From a virus: a DNA stretch of 64,000 nt. The stretch is from the IMG/VR virus record IMGVR_UViG_3300025141_000022, positions 1 to 64,000 of that record. One strand, given 5' to 3'. Shown piece by piece: positions 15,329 through 25,335 of this stretch. Every line of letters starts with the position of its first letter. Positions within the stretch are counted from its first letter, which is position 1. Under the pieces are notes generated by a model, which made no database searches, was not told where the DNA came from, and was given only the letters and a program-made list of their open reading frames with translations. Made by a program: the position numbers and the translations under genes.

Positions 15329-17198
15329 TCAAATTATTTTGGAAGAGCTACAGAAAGCAGGAATGATAAGCGCTGATACAACTTTAGCTGAGGTTGCAGG
15401 TGATCGCTTTGAACCCGGCGGTGAAAAGAGAGTCGCAAAGAAGGAGTGGTCACGAGGACAGAGGAAGAAAAATCTTACTGCATTTAAAACAAAAGCTAGT
15501 ACTGTATATGTACCAAAAGTTGTAGAATTATTAAGAGGTCTTGAAGAAAAATATGGTGAAGAAGAAGTCAATGTAGAGCGATATGTAAGTGAGTTCATTA
15601 ACGATTTTAACGATTTGTTTGACGAATACTTTACAAAGAGAAGATATGGCTACACCGGCGAAATCGCTCTAGGAAGTTTATCAGGTATACCAGATGAAGA
15701 AGTTCCTGCAGAAGAGGCCCCCGCAGAGGAAGAGCCAAGTGCCCCAGAAGACGATGCACCAGAAGAGGAAGGCGGTGACGCACTAGAAGAAGAAGAACTG
15801 TTGCCAGGGAGTCTTCCGCCGGTGGACGATCCAACATCTAGAACAGGAGCTACGCTTGAAGAGGCAGGCTCGCGATCAGAACGTGCGGCCGGCAGCGGAG
15901 CAGCAGCCTCGGATGGCGCGTCAACCGGCGGTGGCAGTTCTGAACTTAAGCAGGCATATAGCGATATCGTAAGAATTAGAAGGCAAGTCTGGAAGGAATT
16001 AACAAACTATCGTATTGAGAAATATTTAAAAGTTGGGCCGCGTCGAGAGTTTATGAAAACCTTTAGCCAACTCTTTGATGACATCCAAGAACTATATACA
16101 GAATTAATACAAAAATTCCCCAACGTAGACCCGACCCCAGGCCCTGATCCTGAAGAAGAGACAGGGACAGTAGATGATTCAGGGCACGTTCCACTTTTCA
16201 AATATGCTCAAGCCAAGGAACCAGTAGTAGATCCAGAAACTGGCGAAGAAAAGATGAAAAGAAAACAGCCCCTTAGTAGCAAGCTGGCTAAGGCTGGACT
16301 ACCGAAGCATGCCATTAATACTGTAATGAGAAACATCAAAGCCCAACTTCAAGCAAATGATATTCAGTTTACCGAAAGTACAATTAAACGAATTGAAACG
16401 TTATTAACAGAAAGACTTTTGCTCAGCGAAAGAAGGCTCGAATGGGGGGAAGAGCACCAAGACAAAGTAGACGCACTTGCGAAAGCTCACGACCTAAAAC
16501 CCGGCGAGGCCAAGAAAATAGATAAGAAGCTTCGGCATCATTTAAAAGGCTTTGAATCAAAAGATAAGAAAGGTCAGCCAAAGGCGATAGCAATGAACAA
16601 AGACGGAGATGTTCGATTGTATAAGGATCCTAATGCTGAGAAGGAGGCGGCGCTGCATGCAGAAACTGGTGAAGGCAAACCTGCAGAACCAGAAGCAGCC
16701 GCAAAAGAAGAGCCTGCAACAAAAGGACCACCAGAAAAATGGGTTACCCAAGGTGGCACCCAAGAAGAGTGGGACGCTCTTGATAACAAAGAAAAGTTTG
16801 TATTTCTTAAAATGGATCCTAAAAAACAAAGCAAGTTTTTTAAGATGAGTTCCGAACAAAGGCTTGATATGTATAATCAAATGAAGGCGGGCGGACCTAC
16901 GAAACGCAGCAAAGGAGACGCAGAAACTGCTGCAGTCCAAGCTGCGGATAGAGAAAAAGCGGCAGAACGAGGAATAGAGCCAGAATCTGGCACAATCAAG
17001 GTCAGTACCTTGAATCATCAACTAAAAACAATTAATCCTCCAATTGACGATGCTACTAGAAATAACACTATGAACGTGGTGCGAAAACACTTGGCGCCAT
17101 ATCTAAAGGCTGCAGGTATTAAACTTTCTGAACAACAAGTTAAGATTATTAGAGATAGATTGTTACAAGAATTGAAAACCAGAGACTTATTAAAATGA
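15315..17198 (+). CDS. Large acidic protein, putative internal head/virion protein
   Basis: 627 aa, low complexity, many L-x-E sites. Confidence 0.7.
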   Translation: MKNLNQIILEELQKAGMISADTTLAEVAGDRFEPGGEKRVAKKEWSRGQRKKNLTAFKTKASTVYVPKVVELLRGLEEKYGEEEVNVERYVSEFINDFNDLFDEYFTKRRYGYTGEIALGSLSGIPDEEVPAEEAPAEEEPSAPEDDAPEEEGGDALEEEELLPGSLPPVDDPTSRTGATLEEAGSRSERAAGSGAAASDGASTGGGSSELKQAYSDIVRIRRQVWKELTNYRIEKYLKVGPRREFMKTFSQLFDDIQELYTELIQKFPNVDPTPGPDPEEETGTVDDSGHVPLFKYAQAKEPVVDPETGEEKMKRKQPLSSKLAKAGLPKHAINTVMRNIKAQLQANDIQFTESTIKRIETLLTERLLLSERRLEWGEEHQDKVDALAKAHDLKPGEAKKIDKKLRHHLKGFESKDKKGQPKAIAMNKDGDVRLYKDPNAEKEAALHAETGEGKPAEPEAAAKEEPATKGPPEKWVTQGGTQEEWDALDNKEKFVFLKMDPKKQSKFFKMSSEQRLDMYNQMKAGGPTKRSKGDAETAAVQAADREKAAERGIEPESGTIKVSTLNHQLKTINPPIDDATRNNTMNVVRKHLAPYLKAAGIKLSEQQVKIIRDRLLQELKTRDLLK

Positions 17199-18169
17199 AA
17201 TTTTCTGTAGTTAATAAGTCTAATCAAGACATGTCAAAACTTGAACCGTTTGTTAACGACTTCATTCCATATGCTCAAAAGTATATGAAATTTGATAGAG
17301 CACCAACAATTCAATATCTATCAGATCAAGATAACGCTGCAAAAACACTGGGTCGGACGGCATACTATGATCCAAACAGCTATACCGTAGGATTGTATGT
17401 TGATGGAAGGCACCCCAAGGACGTTCTAAGGTCTTTGTCGCACGAGTTGGTACATCATACCCAAAACTGTCGCGGCGACCTCTCAGGGCCGAATGTGGCC
17501 GCCGAAGAGGGGTATGCTCAAAGCAATCCGCATATGAGAGAAATGGAGCGCGAAGCATACGAAACAGGAAATTTATGTTTTCGTGACTGGGAAGATGTAA
17601 GAAGAGACTATTTACAAGAGAACAATTATTTTGGAAGGAGAAACGTAATGTCTACAAAACGATGGAAAGATAAAGAGCTTAATCGCCTTTTAATGGAAAA
17701 GTGGGGATATAAGAGCGAGGGCGAAAAGGAAGTCCTAGCCGAAGGAAAGGGAATGAGCCCAGGACGTGCGACCGGTCATCCTTTCTTTAAAAGTAAAGAA
17801 GAGGGCGGATATGATCCGGTCGCTATGGATAAAGAAAGAGGTGGGCCACCCACAGACGATGATGATAAAAAGAAAGACGAAGATGATGATAAAAAGAAAC
17901 TTAAGGAAACAAACTCAGACGAAATGGGGGCCCTCGCTAAGAGAGTAAAATCGGGCGAGATGTCTCATGATGAGGCCATGGCTGAGTTTCAAGCCTTTTT
18001 GGACAAACATGCTTCACAGGAGGTGTCCGTCGAGCCAGACGAAGACGATTGGCCCGAAGCTTCTTGGGAGCAAGACCAAAGCTGGCAAGAAGAAGAAAGA
18101 GACATCGAGGGGCAGCTAAAGGAAGGCCCGAAAGCGAAAAAGAAGGAAAAGAAGGACGACGATAAATGA
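17195..18169 (+). CDS. HExxH metallopeptidase-like protein with an acidic tail
   Basis: SLSHELVHHTQ, EREAY. Confidence 0.7.
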   Translation: MKFSVVNKSNQDMSKLEPFVNDFIPYAQKYMKFDRAPTIQYLSDQDNAAKTLGRTAYYDPNSYTVGLYVDGRHPKDVLRSLSHELVHHTQNCRGDLSGPNVAAEEGYAQSNPHMREMEREAYETGNLCFRDWEDVRRDYLQENNYFGRRNVMSTKRWKDKELNRLLMEKWGYKSEGEKEVLAEGKGMSPGRATGHPFFKSKEEGGYDPVAMDKERGGPPTDDDDKKKDEDDDKKKLKETNSDEMGALAKRVKSGEMSHDEAMAEFQAFLDKHASQEVSVEPDEDDWPEASWEQDQSWQEEERDIEGQLKEGPKAKKKEKKDDDK

Positions 18170-18366
18170 CCAGAAAAACAGAAACGTCACAGGTAGTGAC
18201 GGAAGAGAAAGAGCCGTCCACACAAGAAGCAACTTCATGGGATCCAAGCAAGGGTCCACAAAAGAAAAAAACTAGTTCAGGTTATGTCCCAAGGCGACAA
18301 AGAATTAGAAGAAATATAAGCCGGCGGAAGCGCGGAGGATGTAACTGTAAAGGTAGGCGCAAATAA
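18166..18366 (+). CDS. Small basic hypothetical protein
   Basis: 66-aa ORF, coupled to neighbours. Confidence 0.5.
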   Translation: MTRKTETSQVVTEEKEPSTQEATSWDPSKGPQKKKTSSGYVPRRQRIRRNISRRKRGGCNCKGRRK

Positions 18367-18578
18367 TGTCAAAAAGAAAGTTTTCTTTTGGCGTTACATA
18401 CGTCAATGAGGTTGGCGACACAGGCTATGAGCTTTTTAATGATGAAAAAGAAGCGTATAGTTTTATGACAAGTAAGTTAGGCGAAGGTCTTTACGCAGTT
18501 ATGTGGAAGAGAGGAAAAGGTCCAAATATATTCTATGGACAAAAGAATGATAAACGAGATTTAAACAACTATTTATAG
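18366..18578 (+). CDS. Hypothetical protein
   Basis: 70-aa ORF. Confidence 0.55.
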   Translation: MSKRKFSFGVTYVNEVGDTGYELFNDEKEAYSFMTSKLGEGLYAVMWKRGKGPNIFYGQKNDKRDLNNYL

Positions 18579-18609
18579 TTACCATATTATCATCAAGGAG
18601 GAAGTTAAA

Positions 18610-18789
18610 ATGGGTAAAAAATTAAGAACACTAAAAAGACTAGCTAGAATTGGTCGTGGCAGAGCAGCAAAACCAGCGGCCCCCGCACCAGCGCCGGCAG
18701 CAAAGCCAGCACCAGCACCCGTTGCCGAAGAGGCGCCAAAGAAGGCACCTAGAAAGCGTGCGGCCCGTGTAGCAGAACCAGAGGAATAG
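18610..18789 (+). CDS. Basic Ala/Pro/Lys-rich (histone-like) small protein (not in track)
   Basis: MGKKLRTLKRLARIGRGRAAKPAAPAPAPAAKP...; AAGGAGG RBS. Confidence 0.65.
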   Translation: MGKKLRTLKRLARIGRGRAAKPAAPAPAPAAKPAPAPVAEEAPKKAPRKRAARVAEPEE

Positions 18790-18796
18790 ATAGTAT

Positions 18797-19060
18797 ATGT
18801 TTGATTTAAGAAGTATGACAAGAAACTTTCTTTTAGGAGAAGGTAAATCGCCAACAGTTTTCAGCTATCTTCAGAATTTATCTGAGACTTTGGAGCAGTT
18901 TAGGCCAAGATCCCAACAAGAAACTAGAAGGCTTGAAATGGCGAAGTATCACCTGAAAGAAATAAAGAAAAGAGTTCGCCAGTTGAACGAGAGGGTCAAT
19001 ACTCTTGAAGAGCAAGTAAAGATTCTAGAGGAGCGGAGGAATGAAAAAATTACTTCTTGA
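18797..19060 (+). CDS. Coiled-coil hypothetical protein
   Basis: 87 aa with heptad pattern. Confidence 0.65.
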   Translation: MFDLRSMTRNFLLGEGKSPTVFSYLQNLSETLEQFRPRSQQETRRLEMAKYHLKEIKKRVRQLNERVNTLEEQVKILEERRNEKITS

Positions 19061-21704
19061 AGGAGGTGTCGGAGGACATCTCATGCATCTCCATGACAAT
19101 AGAAACTTAACATTTAATAAGATTGGTAAGATTCTGTCAATGGCATCGAATGGTGAACTATCTGGTACTGAAAAGACCGATGGTTACAACATTTATTTAG
19201 GTGTAAAGAGCGAAGCGGGAGCATGGGCGCCGGCGTATGCCAGAAACAAGGGCGATATGCAAGCTAATGGCAAAACATTTGCTGATTTAGCCGCCAGAGA
19301 ATTCAAAGGCGGACCTCAAGTACGAAAAGTATATTTAGATGCTTTTGATGCTTATACAGCAGCCATTGAAAGTTTAAATCCTTCTGAAAGAGACAGAATT
19401 TTTGGCCCAGATGGCGATATCTTTTATAATACAGAGATTCAAGGCCCTGGCGCCTCCAATGTTGTTAATTACGATGCAAATGTTGTATCGATTCATCGTG
19501 GAGGACACAAAAGGTACAATGCTGACACAAATCGTTTAGAAGTTGTCGATGCTGAAGAAAATGAAAAGATTCTCGATAGAATGTTGGACCGATTCGAAGC
19601 GGCAACAGCAGAAAAAGATTTTTCTGTACAAAGAACCGCTGTCATAAAATTACAACAACTAGATAGTGATCACGACCTTAAAATCTGTCTTGAGAAAATC
19701 AAAAGGGCTGGCCTAAGCGGCCAAATGACAATTGAGCAATTTCTAGAAGAAAAGTTAAATGAAGTAATAGAGCGAAAATTCGCTTATATGAATTCTGAAA
19801 CCAAGCAAGATATCATTGATAAGATTTTAGGAAAGGAAGGTGCTAAAAACTTAAGGTTAATATACAAGGGTTTCCCTCCTGAGCAAAAAGTCCTTATTAG
19901 AGATACAGTAAATGGTGGCGGAAAGTTAATTTCTGATGCAATTTTTCCAATCGAAGACGCAATTCATGACTTTGCGGTCGAAATGTTGCGAGGATTAGAG
20001 AGTGCATATATTCTGGACAACACAAAGGAACTTAAAAGACTCAGGTCTGAGGTTCAAGATGCAATTGCATCCATTCAAGCCTATGAAGGGCCAGGAAAAG
20101 AAGAGGCCCAGTCCGTTCTATCTAAGCAATTACGCAAAATTAAGAAATTTGACAACATTTCCACGGCCGCAGAAGGGTTTGTTTTCCAACATGAGGGCCA
20201 AATGTACAAATTTACCGGAAACTTTGCTCCGGTTAACCAAATTTTAGGTCTTTTTAGGTACGGAAGGGGGTCTGTACCAGCAATTTCACGAGATAAGGGC
20301 GGTGAAGCCCAAGAATTAAGCGGAACTGAGGCAGAAAAGCAAGTAATTGCCGTGGTACCGGGCGCATTTAAGCCCCCGCACCGTGGTCATCTCGCAATGG
20401 TGTCTCATTATTCAGAAATTGCGAAAGAAGTACGCGTTTTAATCAGTCCTCTATCCAGAAAAGCGGATAACGGGCTTGAATTTACCTTCCCACAGTCAAA
20501 AAAGGTGTGGGAAATGTACATTCAAGCCGAAGGGTTGCCAAATGTACGCGTTTATAAGTCTCCCCAGAACTCTCCCGTTGGTGCATCTTATGATTTTATC
20601 ATGAATAAAGAAAATAAGGCCGAATACGCACAGCCAGGAGATCAGGTTATACTTGGCGCTAGTACAAAAGACGATTCAAAGGGTGTACCCGACTATATGA
20701 GGTTCCAAGACGCTCCATCTAAGGCCCGATCTGGCGTTGAGGTGCTAGATACTGAAAAATATGCCTTTACTCCAGTTGAGGATGTCCCATTAAGCGCCAG
20801 AAACTTTAGAAATGCCGTAGAACAGAAAAATATGACCCTAATCAAGCAATATTTGCCCGATTCTGTTAAATCTGCAGGCTTAGAGAGTCAATTTTTAGAT
20901 ATTTATGGCTTAAACCAAGGAGAATCACCCATGTCATCACCTGAACCTATAATGGAATTATTGTATAAAATGATTAACGATTTATACGACGAGAAGGAGG
21001 TTTTGGCTGAACAGAAAGGTGCAGATCCTAAAGATTTGGTTCGCAAAGCAAAATTGGCACAAAGGAAGCAAGATGCTGACGAAAATAGAGCGAAATTAGA
21101 TGTTAAAAGAGCAAAAATATCTAAAAAACTCTCCGATGCCGAGATCGATATCGCTGATGCTGAGGCTGATGCTGCAAAAGAGAAAGAAAAGGAACTTGGA
21201 CTGGAGCCAGACATTCAAGCTGATGTGGCACCACAAGATCCTAAAGAAGCAGAACGTGAGGACGCCGAAAAAGAGGTGGAAGATGAAAAAGCAGCCAAAG
21301 CAGCTGATGAGGAAGCCGAAGAACAGCGCGAAGAAGATAAAGTAGCTGCTAAAGAAGAAAGGGGTCAGGAAATGGAAGAATTTCAAGCAGAAATGGAACA
21401 GAACGCAGCGACCGAAAGAGAAAACATGAGATCAGAAATGGAAGCCGAACGAGCGAAGCGCGAACAAGAGAAAAGGGATCAGTCAGACGAAAATACCCAG
21501 AGCGCTGCGGGTGAGGAACAACAATTAGCTTCGATTGGACTGTCAGAACTATCAGCAGCCGGCGGAGGAGGACTAGCCGGCCATAATGACGTATCAGTGG
21601 CGAAACGCAAAAAGAATAAAAAGAAAAGGAAATATAATCCGTGGAAAGACGAAAAAGATAAAATTGTTAACAAAGTTATGGAAAAGCTTGTATCTTGTAA
21701 CTAA
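19041..21704 (+). CDS. Fusion protein: KxDG ligase/nucleotidyltransferase-like domain, HxGH cytidyltransferase-like domain, acidic coiled coil
   Basis: GGHLMHLHD...EKTDG; GAFKPPHRGH; E/K-rich tail. Confidence 0.7.
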   Translation: MKKLLLEGGVGGHLMHLHDNRNLTFNKIGKILSMASNGELSGTEKTDGYNIYLGVKSEAGAWAPAYARNKGDMQANGKTFADLAAREFKGGPQVRKVYLDAFDAYTAAIESLNPSERDRIFGPDGDIFYNTEIQGPGASNVVNYDANVVSIHRGGHKRYNADTNRLEVVDAEENEKILDRMLDRFEAATAEKDFSVQRTAVIKLQQLDSDHDLKICLEKIKRAGLSGQMTIEQFLEEKLNEVIERKFAYMNSETKQDIIDKILGKEGAKNLRLIYKGFPPEQKVLIRDTVNGGGKLISDAIFPIEDAIHDFAVEMLRGLESAYILDNTKELKRLRSEVQDAIASIQAYEGPGKEEAQSVLSKQLRKIKKFDNISTAAEGFVFQHEGQMYKFTGNFAPVNQILGLFRYGRGSVPAISRDKGGEAQELSGTEAEKQVIAVVPGAFKPPHRGHLAMVSHYSEIAKEVRVLISPLSRKADNGLEFTFPQSKKVWEMYIQAEGLPNVRVYKSPQNSPVGASYDFIMNKENKAEYAQPGDQVILGASTKDDSKGVPDYMRFQDAPSKARSGVEVLDTEKYAFTPVEDVPLSARNFRNAVEQKNMTLIKQYLPDSVKSAGLESQFLDIYGLNQGESPMSSPEPIMELLYKMINDLYDEKEVLAEQKGADPKDLVRKAKLAQRKQDADENRAKLDVKRAKISKKLSDAEIDIADAEADAAKEKEKELGLEPDIQADVAPQDPKEAEREDAEKEVEDEKAAKAADEEAEEQREEDKVAAKEERGQEMEEFQAEMEQNAATERENMRSEMEAERAKREQEKRDQSDENTQSAAGEEQQLASIGLSELSAAGGGGLAGHNDVSVAKRKKNKKKRKYNPWKDEKDKIVNKVMEKLVSCN

Positions 21705-21731
21705 TTATATGCATAAGCGGAGATTTTTAAT

Positions 21732-22538
21732 ATGAAAAGAACACAATTGGCAGAAGAAATTAAGCTTAGAGGCTATATTCGCGAAGCCATTAGAGCAGTT
21801 AAGGCTCAAAGAGCAACAAAGAAAAAGACAGAGTGGCTTGAAGAACAAAAGCTTCGGTCGCTTGTTCGAAGTTTGTTAACTGAAGCGGCAGCTTCTGGCG
21901 GAACACCTGAAACCCCACACCGCTCAACTGGTATTAATGTTTTAGAAGATCTTCTGAAGAAGATTGTACCAATTTTAGAAGACGAATATAAAATTCTAAC
22001 AACAAACCCAGATCAAAGAAAATCTTATAGAGCACACATAGTCAATGCAGTGCAAAATGCATTAGCACCAGAAATTGCTATAGCCGATGCTGGCAAAGAA
22101 GGGTCTGATGCAGAGGCTGAAGAGATTGCCTTACAAGAGCAGGATATCGAAGTCGAAATCGGTGATGATGAGGAACAATTCATCGATGTTCGTGGAGAAA
22201 ACCAGCCAGCAGCTGATCCAGAAGAAGAGTTTGGTGCTGGATTAGAAAACGAAGATGTCACTGGTAGAAACTTTGCTATGAAAACATTCGAAAAAGTTGA
22301 AAAGGTTATTGTGGATGCATATGCTGTTTTATCTGATGATGAAGACCGTGAAATGTTTTATGATTACTTGCTGACAAATCTTAAGCTGTACTTTGATAAA
22401 TTCGAAGAGGAACTAGCTGCTGAACTAGAGGAGCCAACCACGCCTGAGTATGAAGAGGAAAGCGAGGCTGCTAGTGAGTACGATGCTGAAGAAGTAGGTG
22501 GTGAAGAAGTAGGTGGTGATCTTGATCTAGAGCTATAA
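21732..22538 (+). CDS. Acidic putative virion protein
   Basis: 268 aa, E-rich, L-x-E sites. Confidence 0.7.
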   Translation: MKRTQLAEEIKLRGYIREAIRAVKAQRATKKKTEWLEEQKLRSLVRSLLTEAAASGGTPETPHRSTGINVLEDLLKKIVPILEDEYKILTTNPDQRKSYRAHIVNAVQNALAPEIAIADAGKEGSDAEAEEIALQEQDIEVEIGDDEEQFIDVRGENQPAADPEEEFGAGLENEDVTGRNFAMKTFEKVEKVIVDAYAVLSDDEDREMFYDYLLTNLKLYFDKFEEELAAELEEPTTPEYEEESEAASEYDAEEVGGEEVGGDLDLEL

Positions 22539-22565
22539 ATTATTTCAAAGAACTAAATGATGATC

Positions 22566-22598
22566 TATAGATTAGTATAGATTAGTATAGATTAGTAT
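22566..22598. repeat. 10-bp tandem repeat (TATAGATTAG)x3 followed by a nearly pure A/T tract
   Basis: Read directly from the sequence. Confidence 0.85.
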
Positions 22599-22649
22599 TA
22601 ACTAATATAATATATTATAATATACTATCTATACAATTGTTAAAAGGAA

Positions 22650-23018
22650 TTGATCATGTCTTGGAATAAAATTAATAAAAGATCTGGAGCTAACAAAAAT
22701 TACTCTCTATCTAAAAAACTCAGAAGGGATAACAAAAGCACCGATGAATTTGAGGTTATGCTTAATCAGCTTAGCTTAGAAGAGGTCATTGGGCTGAAAT
22801 TAGAGCTAGCCTCTAGAGCCGCTGGCAACAAATTATATGGATTACCGCTATGGAAATCCTTGACATGTATCTCAAAAGATGCTACTCTTAAGTATGCTTT
22901 CTCAGCATGTCGCACCAAAGGAGAGGTGGCTACATTTTTGGGAATTTCAAAATCTGATTTAAGAAAATCAGATAGAAAATATGATACTTCATCGTACTTT
23001 GAGGAGAGTACAGAATAA
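22650..23018 (+). CDS. Hypothetical protein with a C-terminal Fis-type HTH-like motif
   Basis: KYAFSACRTKGEVATFLGISKSDL. Confidence 0.6.
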   Translation: MIMSWNKINKRSGANKNYSLSKKLRRDNKSTDEFEVMLNQLSLEEVIGLKLELASRAAGNKLYGLPLWKSLTCISKDATLKYAFSACRTKGEVATFLGISKSDLRKSDRKYDTSSYFEESTE

Positions 23019-23161
23019 TTATAGACTACAAGGTTTTAAGAACGTAAGTAGGGGTTCCATGTCTCTAACGAACCTAGATTAGAAAATAGAATCAAATTTT
23101 GAAGGGAGACTGGCAGGGTGGGAGCGAGGAGGACCACCAACCTTGTGGTTCAGAAACATAA

Positions 23162-23569
23162 GGGAGCGAAATGGCTTCGACAGGGTAAGAAAGAGGAATA
23201 GTGCAAGTAGGTTAGATACGACCTTAACAGTTCAAAAACAATAGTTGCAAATAACAACAACCACTTTGAAGCAGTCGCCTTAGCGGCTTAATCAACGGGG
23301 TTTCCAATAACCTTGTTTACCAATATTGGATATCAGGTAGGATCCTGTGAAAAGAAAAAACACAATGGTAACCTCGGCTTTAAAAAAACATCTTCGGGTG
23401 GATTACCTCGCTACATGCGAGAAAGGTGAGTGGGGGCGCAACAGGTCAGTAAGCGCCGGCGGGTTAACTGACTACCTTTGTTGATTTGTGATAGTAAATC
23501 AACTAAACTTGTGAATGACTAGAATTGGACTTATTGTGGACGCGGGTTCGATTCCCGCCGCTTCCACCA
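23162..23569 (+). ncRNA. ssrA: tmRNA
   Basis: Acceptor GGGAGCG/CGCTTCC with G3-U70, T-arm GGTTCGATTCCC, ACCA end, internal tag ORF. Confidence 0.95.
23247..23291 (+). other. tmRNA tag reading frame ANNNNHFEAVALAA*
   Basis: GCA resume codon after TAGTT; ends ALAA. Confidence 0.85.
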
Positions 23570-23585
23570 TTTAAAGGAGAGTAAA

Positions 23586-23744
23586 ATGATAAATTTTTTA
23601 AGTTCTAAGCATGTAAGTCTAGGATGCGCAGTGATCAATGTAGTAATTGCCGCTAGTTGCGTTGTTGACGGCAGATTGGGTTGGGCAGTATTTTCTGCTG
23701 GACTCGGACTGTTTTGCTACAATAATTATTTGAAGGCTGACTGA
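23586..23744 (+). CDS. Small membrane protein (52 aa, not in track)
   Basis: AAGGAG RBS; two hydrophobic segments. Confidence 0.6.
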   Translation: MINFLSSKHVSLGCAVINVVIAASCVVDGRLGWAVFSAGLGLFCYNNYLKAD

Positions 23745-24178
23745 TGATAGTACTAATGCTATTGGCATGTTCTCTATCAGAAGGTCCTTCGGCTCCAGTT
23801 GTAACAGACTCAGCAACTGTAGCTCCGATTCAAAGAGGTGAAAATAAAATTGAACCCATTCCTGTAGAATTGCAAATACATGTATCTGTTTCTTCTGAAT
23901 CTCAGCTAATTGAAGAGGGGCCGGGATGCCCAGGAGAAGAATTGTATACAGAGCAGGATTTAGAGTCTTTGAGGCCACGACAAGAAGTATATACACCACC
24001 AGTTGAAAATTCAGAACAATCAACAGAATCAGAAGAGGAAGAAGATGTGATTTGTGTGGGTTGCGATGATAATGTGGAAGAAGAGCCACAGAATGAATCA
24101 GCAAGGGTGGATGTAAAGATTAATCCTGTCACTGGTGAAATTGAGTATGTAATTAGGGATCTTGAGATAGATTTATAA
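23744..24178 (+). CDS. Acidic putative lipoprotein
   Basis: MIVLMLLAC lipobox-like. Confidence 0.6.
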   Translation: MIVLMLLACSLSEGPSAPVVTDSATVAPIQRGENKIEPIPVELQIHVSVSSESQLIEEGPGCPGEELYTEQDLESLRPRQEVYTPPVENSEQSTESEEEEDVICVGCDDNVEEEPQNESARVDVKINPVTGEIEYVIRDLEIDL

Positions 24179-24195
24179 AAAGATGATAAAACCGC

Positions 24196-24224
24196 TTGAC
24201 ATCGTGGTGAAATGTGATTATATT
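24196..24224 (+). promoter_or_regulatory. Sigma70-type promoter
   Basis: TTGACA, 17 bp, TATATT. Confidence 0.6.
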
Positions 24225-24351
24225 TGTAGTGTAAGCAGATTTAATGACCACTTTTTTATAAGTGGTCATTTATTCTTTACAAATAGTAATAACAGATATA
24301 CAATATAATATATGAGATAAAACTCATCTAATAAGAGGAAAAATAAAAAAA

Positions 24352-24816
24352 ATGAAAGTAACAAATGGAAACATCGTAGAAGTACATTACAAGGGTACTT
24401 TTGCAAATGGTGAGGTGTTTGATGATTCGCGAAGTCGCGGAACACCATTTACAGTCATCGTGGGCCAAGGGCAAGTCATCAAAGGGTTTGAAAATGCTTT
24501 GTTTGGAATGTCTAAAGGTCAGACCAAAAATGTTAATCTCACAGCTGATGAGGCATACGGACAACCAGATCCTAATGCAGTCATGACAGTGAGCAAAGAG
24601 CAATTCCCAGCGGATTATGTGTTTGAGAATGGCACAATGGTTCATGGCGCTGGCGGCGATGGCCGACCAGTTCTCGCAAAGATTGTATCTTCTTCAGAAC
24701 AAGAAGTGGTACTAGACATGAATCACCCATTGGCCGGAAAAGACATTAATTTCGAAATTGAATTACTTGATATTACCGATGGCGCAGATACAACGGACAC
24801 AACAGAAAATGGATGA
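24352..24816 (+). CDS. FKBP-type peptidyl-prolyl isomerase (SlyD/FkpB-like)
   Basis: VHYKG...GEVFDDS, GQVIKGFE, EAYG, DMNHPLAGK. Confidence 0.92.
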   Translation: MKVTNGNIVEVHYKGTFANGEVFDDSRSRGTPFTVIVGQGQVIKGFENALFGMSKGQTKNVNLTADEAYGQPDPNAVMTVSKEQFPADYVFENGTMVHGAGGDGRPVLAKIVSSSEQEVVLDMNHPLAGKDINFEIELLDITDGADTTDTTENG

Positions 24817-25015
24817 GAGGCCCCAAAAGGTCAAGTGGACCAAAGTTGCAATCTATGATACATATGTAGATGCTGATGAGAAGAGAAATTCTCTTAATGA
24901 AGAAGGAAAACTAACAAAGATTCGCAGATGCGGAACACGCGGCCTACGGTTTAAGGTTTTAACTGGGCAACCTATCGAAAAACCAAAGGAAAAGAAAAAA
25001 GGAACTAAACGATGA
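24809..25015 (+). CDS. Small basic hypothetical protein
   Basis: MDERPQKVKW... Confidence 0.55.
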   Translation: MDERPQKVKWTKVAIYDTYVDADEKRNSLNEEGKLTKIRRCGTRGLRFKVLTGQPIEKPKEKKKGTKR

Positions 25016-25035
25016 ATAATAGAGAAGGAGACACT

Positions 25036-25272
25036 ATGAAGACATTGTTATTTGTTTTTGCACTAACATTGAGTGCATGTGGAGAAGAAGAGGTCACAGA
25101 AACCGAAGCAACATCGACAACCCCAGCGGAACAGGTTGAGGTGCAGACTACTGAAAACGTAGAAAATGGAGTAGAACAAACTACCACCACGACTACGATT
25201 GAAGAAAAGGATGTAACTAACACCGGATTCACAGAGGTTGAAGAAGCTTCAACAGAGACTGTTAACGAATAG
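25036..25272 (+). CDS. T/E-rich lipoprotein
   Basis: MKTLLFVFALTLSAC lipobox; AAGGAG RBS. Confidence 0.7.
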   Translation: MKTLLFVFALTLSACGEEEVTETEATSTTPAEQVEVQTTENVENGVEQTTTTTTIEEKDVTNTGFTEVEEASTETVNE

Positions 25273-25296
25273 TAAACAGTTAAAATAAATTATACA

Positions 25297-25315
25297 GGGG
25301 GGCTATAAGCCCCCC
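25297..25315 (+). terminator. GC hairpin, probable terminator
   Basis: GGGGGGCT-ATA-AGCCCCCC. Confidence 0.55.
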
Positions 25316-25335
25316 GTATTTATAGGAGATTGAAA

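Noticed and set aside
23019-23161. Separate ncRNA upstream of the tmRNA, including a second GGGAGCGA at 23120
   Set aside because: Only imperfect hairpins and an 8-nt match; no recognisable RNA family.
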